Source: Candidatus Latescibacterota bacterium
Lineage (GTDB): Bacteria; Latescibacterota; UBA2968; GCA-2709665
Direction of reading: 5' to 3'
NCBI GenBank assembly: GCA_965226795.1
Contig: CBDDDZ010000005.1
Span: forward strand, 2,016,001 to 2,080,000
Length of the DNA: 64,000 nt
Under the pieces are notes generated by a model. That model was not told the origin of the DNA. It saw only the letters and a list, made by a program, of their open reading frames with translations, and did not search any database. The position numbers were made by a program, and so were the translations under genes. Positions 1 through 9,595 of this stretch are shown piece by piece (within the stretch, counting starts at the first letter, position 1; each line of letters begins with the position of its first letter).

Positions 1-1077
1 GCGTGGCGACGTTCCGGACGCATCGAGCGGCACCATCGCCGTCTCGTCACCCGCATGGTCAAAAAGGGCATCGAACACGAATTTGCCGAACGCATCTTCA
101 ATCAGATCCGCGGCTTCGGCGACTACGGCTTTCCCGAGAGCCATGCCGCCAGCTTTGCCCATATCGCCTATGCCACCGCCTATCTCAAATGCCACTATCC
201 GGCGGCGTTCGTCTGCGCCCTGCTGAATGCCCAGCCGATGGGGTTTTACGAGCCCGCTACCATCGTCAACGACGCCCGGAGGCACGGGATCTCCGTGCGG
301 CCCGTTTGCCTGCGCGAGAGCCGCTGGGACTGCACCCTCGAGCCGGCCCGATCCCGCGCGTCGCCCGCTCCGTTCGCCGTGCGCATGGGGCTGCGTTACG
401 TCAGCGGACTGGGCGATGCGGACGGACGCCGGCTCTCGGCCGCCGCGAGAGAGCGCCCTTTTCAGGATCTCGAAGACGTCGCCCGGCGGAGCGGGCTTCG
501 CCAGGACAAGCTGGAGGCCCTGGCCGAAGCGGGCGCCTTCGAGTGTTTCGGCCTGGACCGACGCGGCGCGCTCTGGCAGATCCACGGTATCGCAACCCCG
601 AAAGAGCCCGCGCTGCCACTGAACGGCCACGTTTCGCCGCCCCGGTTTCCCCTCCTGAGCGGGTTGGAGACCGTTCTCTGGGACCACCAGGCAACCGACC
701 ACAGCACGCGGGGACACCTCCTGAAACCGCTGCGTTCCGCGCTGGCCGCCCGGGGACTGCCCACGGCGCACCAGATCAACCGGATGCAGGACGGCCTCCG
801 GGTTCGCTACGCGGGGATGGTCATCTGCCGCCAGCGCCCGGGAACCGCGAAAGGCGTCACCTTCATGACCCTGGAGGATGAGACGGGGTTTGTGAACCTG
901 GTTATCTGGGAAAGGACTTTCAAGCGCTATTCCCTGCCGGCCAAAACACTTTCCTGTATGGGCGTGACCGGAAAACTGCAGGTGGGAGAGGGCGTAACCC
1001 ACCTGGTGGTTGAAAAAATCTGGAAGCCGAAGCTGGATACCGGGGCGGTCCAGGCCAAGAGCCGGGATTTCCATTGA
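1..1077 (+). CDS. dnaE2: Error-prone DNA polymerase III alpha-like subunit, C-terminal part (5' truncated by window)
   Basis: Frame is open from base 1 (AWRRSGRIE...). Motifs GFGDYGFPESHAASFA, LLNAQPMGFY, OB fold RQRPGTAKGVTFMTLEDETG and the DnaE2-specific C-terminus SRDFH. Confidence 0.95.
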   Translation, partial: AWRRSGRIERHHRRLVTRMVKKGIEHEFAERIFNQIRGFGDYGFPESHAASFAHIAYATAYLKCHYPAAFVCALLNAQPMGFYEPATIVNDARRHGISVRPVCLRESRWDCTLEPARSRASPAPFAVRMGLRYVSGLGDADGRRLSAAARERPFQDLEDVARRSGLRQDKLEALAEAGAFECFGLDRRGALWQIHGIATPKEPALPLNGHVSPPRFPLLSGLETVLWDHQATDHSTRGHLLKPLRSALAARGLPTAHQINRMQDGLRVRYAGMVICRQRPGTAKGVTFMTLEDETGFVNLVIWERTFKRYSLPAKTLSCMGVTGKLQVGEGVTHLVVEKIWKPKLDTGAVQAKSRDFH

Positions 1078-1223
1078 CACCATTTACCGGAAGGCCGAAA
1101 TTGAACGGTGCATGCAGCGCGCCGAAGACCGCAACCGACCCCGAAGCACATGCGCCTCCCGCCCCGGCTCGCACACCCCGCGGACGTTACCGGGTCGGTA
1201 CCAGAACCAGAGGAGATGATCCT

Positions 1224-1910
1224 ATGTGCGGACGCTTCACCCAGATGATGACCTGGCGCGAACTCCATGAACTTTACACCCTGGCAGAACCCCTGGCCCC
1301 GCCGGACCTGCAACCCCGATACAACGGCGCGCCCACCCAGGACTTCTCGGTATGCCGCCTGGACGAAAACGGCAACAGGATCATCGCCAGGCTCCGCTGG
1401 GGCCTGATTCCCATGTGGGCCAAAGACATCAGAATGGGCGCGCGCATGATCAACGCCCGTTCCGAAACCGTCCACGAGAAACCGGCATTCGGCGCCGCCT
1501 TCCGCTCGCGACGGTGCCTGGTCCCGGCCGACGGCTGGTTCGAGTGGCAACGGGCGGGGCACGGTAAACAGCCCTACTTCCTGGCGCTCGCGGACGGATC
1601 GCCGCTATCGTTCGCCGCACTCTGGGAAAACTGGGACAGAGGCGGCGAATCCCTCCAAAGCTTTACGATCATCACCACCGCCGCCGACGCGCCGCTTGCG
1701 GACGTCCATCACCGGCAGCCGGCCATCATCAATCCCGAACATTTCTCGGTCTGGCTCGACACCACGTCATCGGCGCCGACGCTCCTCGACCTGGTCCGCG
1801 AACCCCGAGCGGGACCGTACGAAATCCGCGCCGTCAGCACCCGCGTAAACAGCGTCCGCAACGACGACCCGGATATCCTCACGCCCATGTCCCAACAGAG
1901 ATTGTTCTGA
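1224..1910 (+). CDS. SOS response-associated peptidase (SRAP/YedK/HMCES family, abasic-site processing)
   Basis: AGGAG at 1211, then ATG 1224 giving the MCGRF N-terminus. Motifs RYNGAPTQ, WGLIP, INARSET, RCLVPADGWFEW, HHRQP. Confidence 0.95.
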   Translation: MCGRFTQMMTWRELHELYTLAEPLAPPDLQPRYNGAPTQDFSVCRLDENGNRIIARLRWGLIPMWAKDIRMGARMINARSETVHEKPAFGAAFRSRRCLVPADGWFEWQRAGHGKQPYFLALADGSPLSFAALWENWDRGGESLQSFTIITTAADAPLADVHHRQPAIINPEHFSVWLDTTSSAPTLLDLVREPRAGPYEIRAVSTRVNSVRNDDPDILTPMSQQRLF

Positions 1911-2272
1911 CCGGTACGAGGAATATCACTTACCGCAAGAAAAGCAGGCCAGGCTGCGAATTGGATGTCGGACGAGAAATCCGTTCCTGCGTTGCCGGCT
2001 CCCCTCTTCAATTACGTGCCCTATCGGTACCTTAAATGCAGATACAATACGTAAGATAAAAATTAACAATCATATATAATGAATGACAAATAGAGGTCTA
2101 TGCCGACCTCTATTTTAGTCTTGGGTTGACCCCGGACATAACGGGTTGTATATAAGGAACGATTGGACCGACGATCTATCCGCATATCGGCTCTCACCTC
2201 CCCAACCACAATCTTCCGAATCCTGACTGCTGCCCGTAGCGATTCCTTTCGCGTTCACCATAGGTGTACGGC

Positions 2273-2731
2273 ATGGCGAAAACCTGCATATATGCGGCAA
2301 TAATCGTCTGCATCTATTGGGATACGTGCCCCGCGTACCGGCTCGTCGGGTCGGAAATCCTGTCAGACGCGCTCGTCGCGAATCATTACACCATCAATGC
2401 CAACCTCGACGCCGTCATCGTGGTGGATCGGACGATGCCCACCTTTGAATATCAGACCTTCTATGCCATGGGTCACGCGGATGAACCGGAAGGAGAGCAG
2501 GGAAAACTTCATTTCCTCGAGCACATAATCGCAGGTACGGGAAGCCATCCACCCGGAGAACTCAACCAACTGATTGCCCGCAATGGAGGGCAACATCATG
2601 AGAAATACTTCGTTACAGAGAATATGATCATGCTTTTTTTCGGACCCAAAGACCACATCATCGAAATCCTGAAGAAACACTGGCCTGACGCGGATATTCA
2701 CGTGCAGGCAGTGGAAAGTGCAATCGATTAG
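2273..2731 (+). pseudogene. Internally deleted M16 (insulinase-family) peptidase remnant
   Basis: Inverted zinc motif HFLEH and G-T...NGG are followed immediately by HEKYFVTENMIMLFFG, which normally lies far downstream. Only about 150 aa. Confidence 0.65.
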
Positions 2732-2928
2732 GTTAGCAGCCGGGACAAACGACTCGAAGCGCCCGATTCACACCGCAGGGGTCCAGAGACAGGGTTCTGA
2801 CACAGTTTGAAGCCCATACACATCACCGGAGCAAATGCATTGAACCTTGTCATTCTCGCGTATGAACCCGGGTTGCACGCCGAATGGATCCCTCCAGTGA
2901 CCTCTCGCCGTGTACACCGAACACTTCC

Positions 2929-4311
2929 ATGACCCGCCCTCTTTCGCCCCCCCACCCCGATACGACCCCCTCCGGCGAGGCGCCGGTGCTTCCCCTGGTC
3001 TGGGCCATCGCATGGCCGGTGGTTGTCGCGTCGATGCTCGACGCCATGGAGGGCCTCATCGATATCTCCATGGTGGGGCAACTGGGTCCGGCCGCGATAT
3101 CCGCGGTGGGACTCAGCCGGCAGATCCTGTTCCTGACGATGGTGATGGCGATATCGGTCAGCACCGGATCGCGCACCCTGGTCGCGCAGCTGTACGGAGC
3201 CGGGCGCCGTGACGATCTCAGCAATACAGCGCAACACGCCATCGTGATGGGTATCCTGCTGTCCGCGGTCCTGGCCCTCGTGGGGAGCGCGGTCGCCCGG
3301 CCGGCGTTGGTCGTGATGGGCGCGCAGGACGACGTGCTCGCCCACGCCGTGCCGTTCCTCCGCATGTACTTTGTCGGCATCGTCTTCATGATGCCCAATT
3401 TCATCATCGGCGGAATCTTCGGCGGCGCCGGGGATACCCGGACGCCGTTGAAGATTTCGTGTCTCATCATCTGTCTGAAAATCCCGCTCACCTACGGCCT
3501 GATTTTCGGGGCATGGGGTCTGCCCCAGCTGGGGGTGACCGGAGCAGCCCTCGGCAGTATCGTCTCGCGGGCCATAGGCTGCATCGTCGGGGTCTCACTG
3601 CTTACGTCCGGCCGTTCGCGGGTGCATATGCGGTGGAATTGGCGCCTTCCCATCAACCGGGACATTATCGGGCGAATGATGCGGATTGGGGTTCCCGCTG
3701 GCATTCAGGGTTTTTTCCGAAACGGCGCCCGTGTTTTGATCTATCGTGTGGTGGGGTGGACGAGCCGGCCCACCGCCGCAACGGCCGCGCTGACCATCGG
3801 TTTGCAGATGCGAATGATCGGCATCATGCCGGCCCTGGCGTTTTCCATATCGGCAACCGCTCTGGTTGGACAACGATTGGGCGCGAGGCAGATACGCGAG
3901 GCCGAGCGCGTCGCCGAAAATATAATCCGGCTCGGCATGACGTTCATCACCGTGAGCGCAATTGTCATCTGCATCTTCGCCCGGGAAATTGTCGACCTGT
4001 TCACGGATTCCGCGGCAGTCATCGAGATAGGATACGTTATGCTCCTGTATTTTACGGTCGCCCAGGTCTTTTCAGCGTTGTCCATCGTCGCCGGGGGCGT
4101 CCTGGCCGGCGGCGGCGAGACAAGGCCTCTCCTCTACTATACGATTGTGGCGCAGTGGCTGCTCATGCTGCCCCTCTCCTACGTCCTGGCGTTTCTGTTG
4201 GATATGGATGTCGCGGGTATCTGGATCGCCTGGTTTATTGGCGGCGTCGCACAGGGCATTCTGGCCTGGGCTCGCTATCGGAAGGGCGCGTGGAAACAGA
4301 CGTTGATATGA
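2929..4311 (+). CDS. MATE family efflux transporter
   Basis: About 12 hydrophobic segments. Motifs DISMVGQLG, AQLYGA, GDTRTPL, LGVTGAALG, GQRLGA. Start could be 2884. Confidence 0.95.
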   Translation: MTRPLSPPHPDTTPSGEAPVLPLVWAIAWPVVVASMLDAMEGLIDISMVGQLGPAAISAVGLSRQILFLTMVMAISVSTGSRTLVAQLYGAGRRDDLSNTAQHAIVMGILLSAVLALVGSAVARPALVVMGAQDDVLAHAVPFLRMYFVGIVFMMPNFIIGGIFGGAGDTRTPLKISCLIICLKIPLTYGLIFGAWGLPQLGVTGAALGSIVSRAIGCIVGVSLLTSGRSRVHMRWNWRLPINRDIIGRMMRIGVPAGIQGFFRNGARVLIYRVVGWTSRPTAATAALTIGLQMRMIGIMPALAFSISATALVGQRLGARQIREAERVAENIIRLGMTFITVSAIVICIFAREIVDLFTDSAAVIEIGYVMLLYFTVAQVFSALSIVAGGVLAGGGETRPLLYYTIVAQWLLMLPLSYVLAFLLDMDVAGIWIAWFIGGVAQGILAWARYRKGAWKQTLI

Positions 4312-4608
4312 TGGCCTGTCCGGGAAATAGATCGCCGAAATTCGGATGACGCGTCGAGCAGCTGGCATCCTTCGACAGGCTCAGGAACCGGCGCCTGAGC
4401 CATGAGCCGCTCCCTGAGCTTGTCGAAGGGTCGGCGAAGGGCGTTGAAGAGCACCCAACAGGTTACGAAACGCGGGCATTTCGACAAGCTCAATGACCAC
4501 GTTTCGAATAGCCGTTTCCACAGCCTCACCACAGTCAGCGAAGGGAACGTAACGAGGCGGGATGAATCGGCGGCTGCATGGTGACATATTTCCGGGACGG
4601 GATACTCG
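4312..4608. mobile_element. MITE-like repeat copy 1 (degenerate, with nested REP-like hairpins)
   Basis: Left end ctgtccgggaaatagatcgccgaaattcgg and right end ggtgacatatttccgggacgggatactcg match the 63521-63731 element and are imperfect inverted repeats of each other. Confidence 0.7.
4369..4494. repeat. REP-like cluster (CTTCGACAAGCTCAG type)
   Basis: ccttcgacaggctcagg (4369) is inverted against cctgagcttgtcgaagg (4413). A third partial copy ttcgacaagctca lies at 4480. Confidence 0.75.
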
Positions 4609-4776
4609 TGCAGACGATGCGGCGTGGCGAAGACGAGGTATCGGGCGAGGATTCTGGGGATTCGGTTTGATGCAGATGAGCAGACAAGAATGTCCGCTCC
4701 ACCCTTTCGATATCTTGTTCGAGGGATCGCTCGAGCGTATCAACCATTTGAGAGAAAGGCGACTTAGGGCCTCGAT

Positions 4777-5327
4777 CTATGAAAATCCGTCGCCCCGAAG
4801 ATCCTTCAGCTTCGTCCCCATCTCTTCGATGCCAAGCGTGTTGTCCACCTGCCGGTACAACTGGTGTGCCTCTTCGAAAACCCGCCCTGCCTCCTCTTTT
4901 TTTCCAACACGCTCCAGAAGCATGCCGAAGCCCCGGAGTGCATTTCCAGCGAGTGCATCGGCGTTGGGTCGAGATCTCGGTACATCTGTATTGCCGACCG
5001 GTAATCACGCGCCGCGCCTTGCCAATCCGGAAGATCCCGGCAAACGTCCGCGACGTGACGAAGCGAGTGGGCCATCTTTTCGGTATGGTTCGCGGCCACG
5101 TAATGGTTGTAACCTTCCCGGTACAGTTGAAGAGCGCGTTCGGTGTTCCCCTGATCCCTCTCGAACTGCCCGTAGACGTGGGCGACCCTTCCCAGGGATT
5201 CGTGGCCGTCCTCGCCGCACAGTTTCGCCGCCTCGTCCGCGAGCCGCTTGCCCCGTTCGTAGTCCGCAACCCCCCTGGTCTTCCAGGCCTCGTCCAGAAG
5301 CTGAGCGATCCTCTGTTCTCTTGACAT
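4777..5327 (-). CDS. Tetratricopeptide-repeat protein, frameshifted at about 4967
   Basis: TPR-like helices run from MSREQ. Adding one C to GACCC restores NADALAGNALRGFGMLLERVGKKEEAGRVFEEAHQLY...GFS*. Confidence 0.75.
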
Positions 5328-5417
5328 TTCGTTCCTTTCTTCCTGTCGAGTGGCAACCGTAAGCGATTGTGCGGCGCCAAATTGGATGACTTCGGCCACG
5401 TTCTGCAGCTGGGGTTT

Positions 5418-6173
5418 CTAACGTTTCCTGGGCGTGTAGAACAGCAGGGTACCGATCCGCTCGTATCCGATTGAGGTATACAACAATGCACCCGTGTGGG
5501 TTGCGGTTAAGACAGCCCGGCGTGAACCATGCGTCCGGTCATCGCGGAGCATTCTGCACATCAACGCCCTTCCGACTCCTCGACGCCGGGCAGAGCGTAC
5601 CACGTGCATGTTCGAACACCACGTCGCCGAGTCCACCTCGATGCTTTGAACCCATCCCACGGGCTCACCGTTCTCGAGCGCAACATATTGCCTGAGCGGT
5701 GAGCCCGAGGAAAGATGTTCCGGCAGAATCTGTCTGACTCGCGTTGTCTTGTTCAATCTGTCCGCCATTTCGGCGGCGACGACACGTTCGATGGGCAGTG
5801 GATCCACCACACGAGGTATGCGCCGCAATCGGTGCACCATGACGGCTTCTGTTGTATTCAGGCGATAGTCGAGCCCTCTAAAGTCCGCTCGCATTCCGAT
5901 ATCGGACTCCCCGGTCGCGCAGATCGCGCAAATGCCGAACTGTCCGCGGGTGTTCATTCTGGCCACGCGGTCGATCTCGTCGGCATCGACGCCGTGAGCG
6001 ATCCACTCCTCCCGGCGGTACGCGCCGCGTTTTCTGGGCGCGTCCCGGACCACCCAGATTGAACCCTCCCGACTTGCCAGGTAAGGATGCGTGAAACTCC
6101 TGGTAAAACAATAACCGCGGGCGAAGACCTCCAGCGCCTTTTGCATGAGCACGTTATGGGGCACGGGTTTCAT
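5418..6173 (-). CDS. GNAT family N-acetyltransferase
   Basis: C-terminal motif A (HVVRSARRRGVGRALM) and LYTSIGY. Confidence 0.85.
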   Translation of the reverse strand: MKPVPHNVLMQKALEVFARGYCFTRSFTHPYLASREGSIWVVRDAPRKRGAYRREEWIAHGVDADEIDRVARMNTRGQFGICAICATGESDIGMRADFRGLDYRLNTTEAVMVHRLRRIPRVVDPLPIERVVAAEMADRLNKTTRVRQILPEHLSSGSPLRQYVALENGEPVGWVQSIEVDSATWCSNMHVVRSARRRGVGRALMCRMLRDDRTHGSRRAVLTATHTGALLYTSIGYERIGTLLFYTPRKR

Positions 6174-6396
6174 TCTCCCTTAATTCTCAATGACCTTGAA
6201 AGAGACAACGGTCCGGGTACGTGAAATCTGAACTGGACAGAGGACCGGACGCCTCGTAGTTTTCATTCACGGGGATCACGCCTACGGCCCTATCTCAAGG
6301 CTCCCGGCGATTTCGAGATCCAACACTATCAATCACACGATGCGAAGTAGGACGTCCACCCCATCTCCGGAAACGGATCCACGAAGCCAGCAACCA

Positions 6397-6873
6397 ATGT
6401 TCATTCAGATCCGCGCGGGCGATCGCCTCGGTGTCGTCTCCGACTCCCACGGACTCATCAGGCCGCAGGTACTGGAACTGCTGCAGGGCGTCCGCCTGAT
6501 TATCCATGCCGGCGACGTGGGGAAAATTTCGGTACTTGAGCAATTGGTACAGATCGCGCCGGTATACGCCGTCCGCGGAAACGTCGACCTGGATCCTCCC
6601 TGCGGCGACCTGCCCGAAAAACTCGTGATGCGCGCCGGAAGGCAGCGGATTCTCGTGACACACATCCTTGCCGACGCGGATGTCGCGGGTTTCGATCTTG
6701 CGGTGTGCGGCCATTCCCACATGCCGAAAATAAGCACCCTGGGATCGGCTTGCTGCCTGAATCCCGGCAGCATCGGGCCCCGCCGTTTTCGGCTTCCCGT
6801 CTCCATGGGGTTCATCACCATATCCCCGCAGGGCGCGCTTATTCCTGAACTGCGAACCGTAGAGATAGAATAG
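6397..6873 (+). CDS. Metallophosphoesterase, YfcE/MJ0936 type
   Basis: Motifs SDSHG, HAGD, VRGNVD, TH, GHSH, NPGS. Confidence 0.92.
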   Translation: MFIQIRAGDRLGVVSDSHGLIRPQVLELLQGVRLIIHAGDVGKISVLEQLVQIAPVYAVRGNVDLDPPCGDLPEKLVMRAGRQRILVTHILADADVAGFDLAVCGHSHMPKISTLGSACCLNPGSIGPRRFRLPVSMGFITISPQGALIPELRTVEIE

Positions 6874-6990
6874 CCGTGCGCCTGAAGATCTGACGATACG
6901 AGATTCGGTGCCGATCCTCAAGTAGTTCCGGACATCCAGGATCCGGCCTCATACTCCCATGCATCCATCAGACAATCGAGGATTCCCGAA

Positions 6991-8556
6991 ATGAAAAGCA
7001 GTGCCGCCAGACCGGATCGCGCCCACGCCGACTGGGTCATTTCACGGATGGTCAAGCCTTCCGAGTTGGAGGATTCCGGGTATGTCGCAAGGACAAAGGG
7101 CAGTGGGCCGGAGGTCTGGGCGATGTTCTGTACAACGATACGGGGCGACCTGGAAGCGATTCGGAAGCTCGTGAAGAGGAATCCGGACCTCGTTCGTTGT
7201 GTACATTACTATACCCAACCCCTGAAATTCGCGGTTCGAGAGGGTCACGGGGACGTGGTGCGTTACGTTCTGGAAAGGGGCGCGAGTCCGTTCTATCGGA
7301 CCCGGCACTTTCACGATTCACTGGTCAATCTGGCGGCTGACAGGGAACATGAGGATATCGTGAATATCCTGGAAGAGGCCATCGGCGAACGGAGCGGTGG
7401 CTACACCCGGGAAACGGAACCCCTCGCGAACGAACTCATTGAAGCCGTTCACGCGCTCGATTACGAGAAAACCACAAACATCGTCCGGTCGTCCCCTGAG
7501 CGCGTCAGACTTTGCAACGCGAACGGGACCACGGCCCTTCACGAGGCGGTTGCGGCCGGCGACTTCTACTCGACGCGCCTGCTCCTTGACAGCGGCGCCG
7601 ATATTCAGGCCCAGGCCGGCACGGGCTTCAGCGCCGGTCAGAAGCCGATCCACGTCGCCATCTATGCCGGGTGGCGGGACAGGATTCTCGAGCAGAAGAA
7701 AACGGCGCTGGCGGGCTACCTGGTCGCCAGGGGCGCGGAATACATCATCCTGGTGGCCTCCGCGTTCGGCGACACCCGGCGCGTCCGGGAATTTCTTGAC
7801 GCGGATGCCGACCTGGCCAGTTTCCGCGACACATGCGACAGAGTGCCGATATCCATCGCATCCCGCCGGGGCCATCGCGAAATCGTGACGCTGCTGCTCG
7901 AACGCGGCGCCGACCCCAACGGCAACGTGGACTCGACCGGCACGGCATTCCACCACGCCAGAAAGTACCCGGAACTGTATGAATTGATGAAATTCCACGG
8001 CGGCAGGGCGGATATCATTCCGCCGATCAGCGCCGCGATCAACGCCAACGACCTTAAGGGTGTCGAAGAATTACTGAAACGAAACCCGAAGGAGATCGAG
8101 AACGCGAATCTCGGCAATCCCGCGCGCCGCGGCAGGATGGCGTTGGTTGAGCTTCTTGTGAAATACGGCGCCGCCGTCGCCAATGAGAACCACGGTACGT
8201 TCTACCGTGTATATGAGACGGCGAAGTACTTTTTGCAAAACGGGGCGGATCCGAATTACAGAAACTGGCTGGGAATCTCCTCTCTCCATCTGATCGCGCA
8301 TGAGGGCGACGTGGACAGGGCAGGACTTCTACTGGACTTCGGAGCGGAAATAAACGCATTGGAACCCGAGTACTGCGCCACGCCCCTGGGGCTTGCGAGC
8401 AGGGCGGGTCACAGGACGATGGTTGAGTTCCTCCTGTCGATGGGAGCGGATCCGAACCTGCCGAAGGAAAAGCCCTGGGCAACGCCCCTTGCCTGGGCGG
8501 TAAAGAAAGGGCACGTCCAAATCGCGCGGATGCTGAGAGAACACGGCGCCACGTAG
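6991..8556 (+). CDS. Ankyrin repeat protein
   Basis: Multiple ankyrin repeats (TALHEAV..G, GADPN, TPLGLASRAGH, TPLAWAVKKGH). Confidence 0.93.
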   Translation: MKSSAARPDRAHADWVISRMVKPSELEDSGYVARTKGSGPEVWAMFCTTIRGDLEAIRKLVKRNPDLVRCVHYYTQPLKFAVREGHGDVVRYVLERGASPFYRTRHFHDSLVNLAADREHEDIVNILEEAIGERSGGYTRETEPLANELIEAVHALDYEKTTNIVRSSPERVRLCNANGTTALHEAVAAGDFYSTRLLLDSGADIQAQAGTGFSAGQKPIHVAIYAGWRDRILEQKKTALAGYLVARGAEYIILVASAFGDTRRVREFLDADADLASFRDTCDRVPISIASRRGHREIVTLLLERGADPNGNVDSTGTAFHHARKYPELYELMKFHGGRADIIPPISAAINANDLKGVEELLKRNPKEIENANLGNPARRGRMALVELLVKYGAAVANENHGTFYRVYETAKYFLQNGADPNYRNWLGISSLHLIAHEGDVDRAGLLLDFGAEINALEPEYCATPLGLASRAGHRTMVEFLLSMGADPNLPKEKPWATPLAWAVKKGHVQIARMLREHGAT

Positions 8557-8645
8557 AGAGGCGTGCGATTATGCGACTGTTCGTCACCGCCTATGGTGGG
8601 TGCCGAACGGCCGCATTGCTGCAAAGGCGTTCGTCTATCGGACGG

Positions 8646-9410
8646 TCATGGAATCGTCTCCGCCCTGGACCCGCCGCTCCTGGCCTCTGCGTCGCCTGGC
8701 GACAACCCACGAGATTGCCGCCGGTCCTTAATGAAGAACGGAAAATAGACGATGAAGAACATCGCCAATCCAAGTAGGTCGAGGAAAACAAGGTACCACG
8801 GCCACGGCGCGAAAAAGAACGGCGACACCGTTCCCCAGGGCGGCGCGCAGAGATACATGTAGTTGGATCCGCCGAGGAAATTGATCACCGAGACAAACGC
8901 CGCCAGCACGTGCAACAAGACAAATGCCCGGAAGAGTCCGCCGAGCGTGGGCCGCATCTTTAGACACCACGTGGCGTACAGAACCCCCGCCACGATGCCG
9001 GAGTGCGAAACGAAATACTGGAAAAATCGATACTGCGGAAAATCAACTTCCAGACCGCCGGGGGTTATCACGGCGTTTGACGCCCCCACCAGGCCCCAGA
9101 AGTAGGCGATTTCGTACACCTTCTGATTGCGGAGCAGCAGGGTGAGGGAAGTCGCGAAGATCGCGATGCCGCATACGTGGAGCGGCAGGAAGGTCCGAAA
9201 AAAACGAACGGGGCCGAACCCGGCGATTCGGACACCCCAGTGGATCAATTCGTTGCCAAGCAGGACGCCAGCCAGCACAACGCCCACGACGGCGGCCGTC
9301 CGGGACCGCGGCCCTTTCACGAACAGCGTGAGCAGGATCGGCAGGGCCAGCGTCAAAGCCATCGCGACCAGATGTGGCGGCCCAAACGTCTGAAATCCGG
9401 CGGTTGACAT
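8646..9410 (-). CDS. YwaF/TIGR02206-like integral membrane protein
   Basis: Motifs FGPPH, LPLHVC, AYFWG, FVSHSG, NYMYL, PWPWY. Hydrophobic. Confidence 0.88.
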   Translation of the reverse strand: MSTAGFQTFGPPHLVAMALTLALPILLTLFVKGPRSRTAAVVGVVLAGVLLGNELIHWGVRIAGFGPVRFFRTFLPLHVCGIAIFATSLTLLLRNQKVYEIAYFWGLVGASNAVITPGGLEVDFPQYRFFQYFVSHSGIVAGVLYATWCLKMRPTLGGLFRAFVLLHVLAAFVSVINFLGGSNYMYLCAPPWGTVSPFFFAPWPWYLVFLDLLGLAMFFIVYFPFFIKDRRQSRGLSPGDAEARSGGSRAETIP

Positions 9411-9595
9411 GGGGCTACGTCACTGGCCAGAGATAGTCTGGCGACGTGACAACCTGGACAGGAATCCGCGCCGACAGCGTGAACCGGCGCAGACGAGAGA
9501 TCCGGAGTGGGGTTTAACGGGATTCGTGGTTACCAGGGGGCGGGATAATCCCCTCGAGTCGTTCAATCGCTAACGCGTGCGGCCGAATCCTCGGG

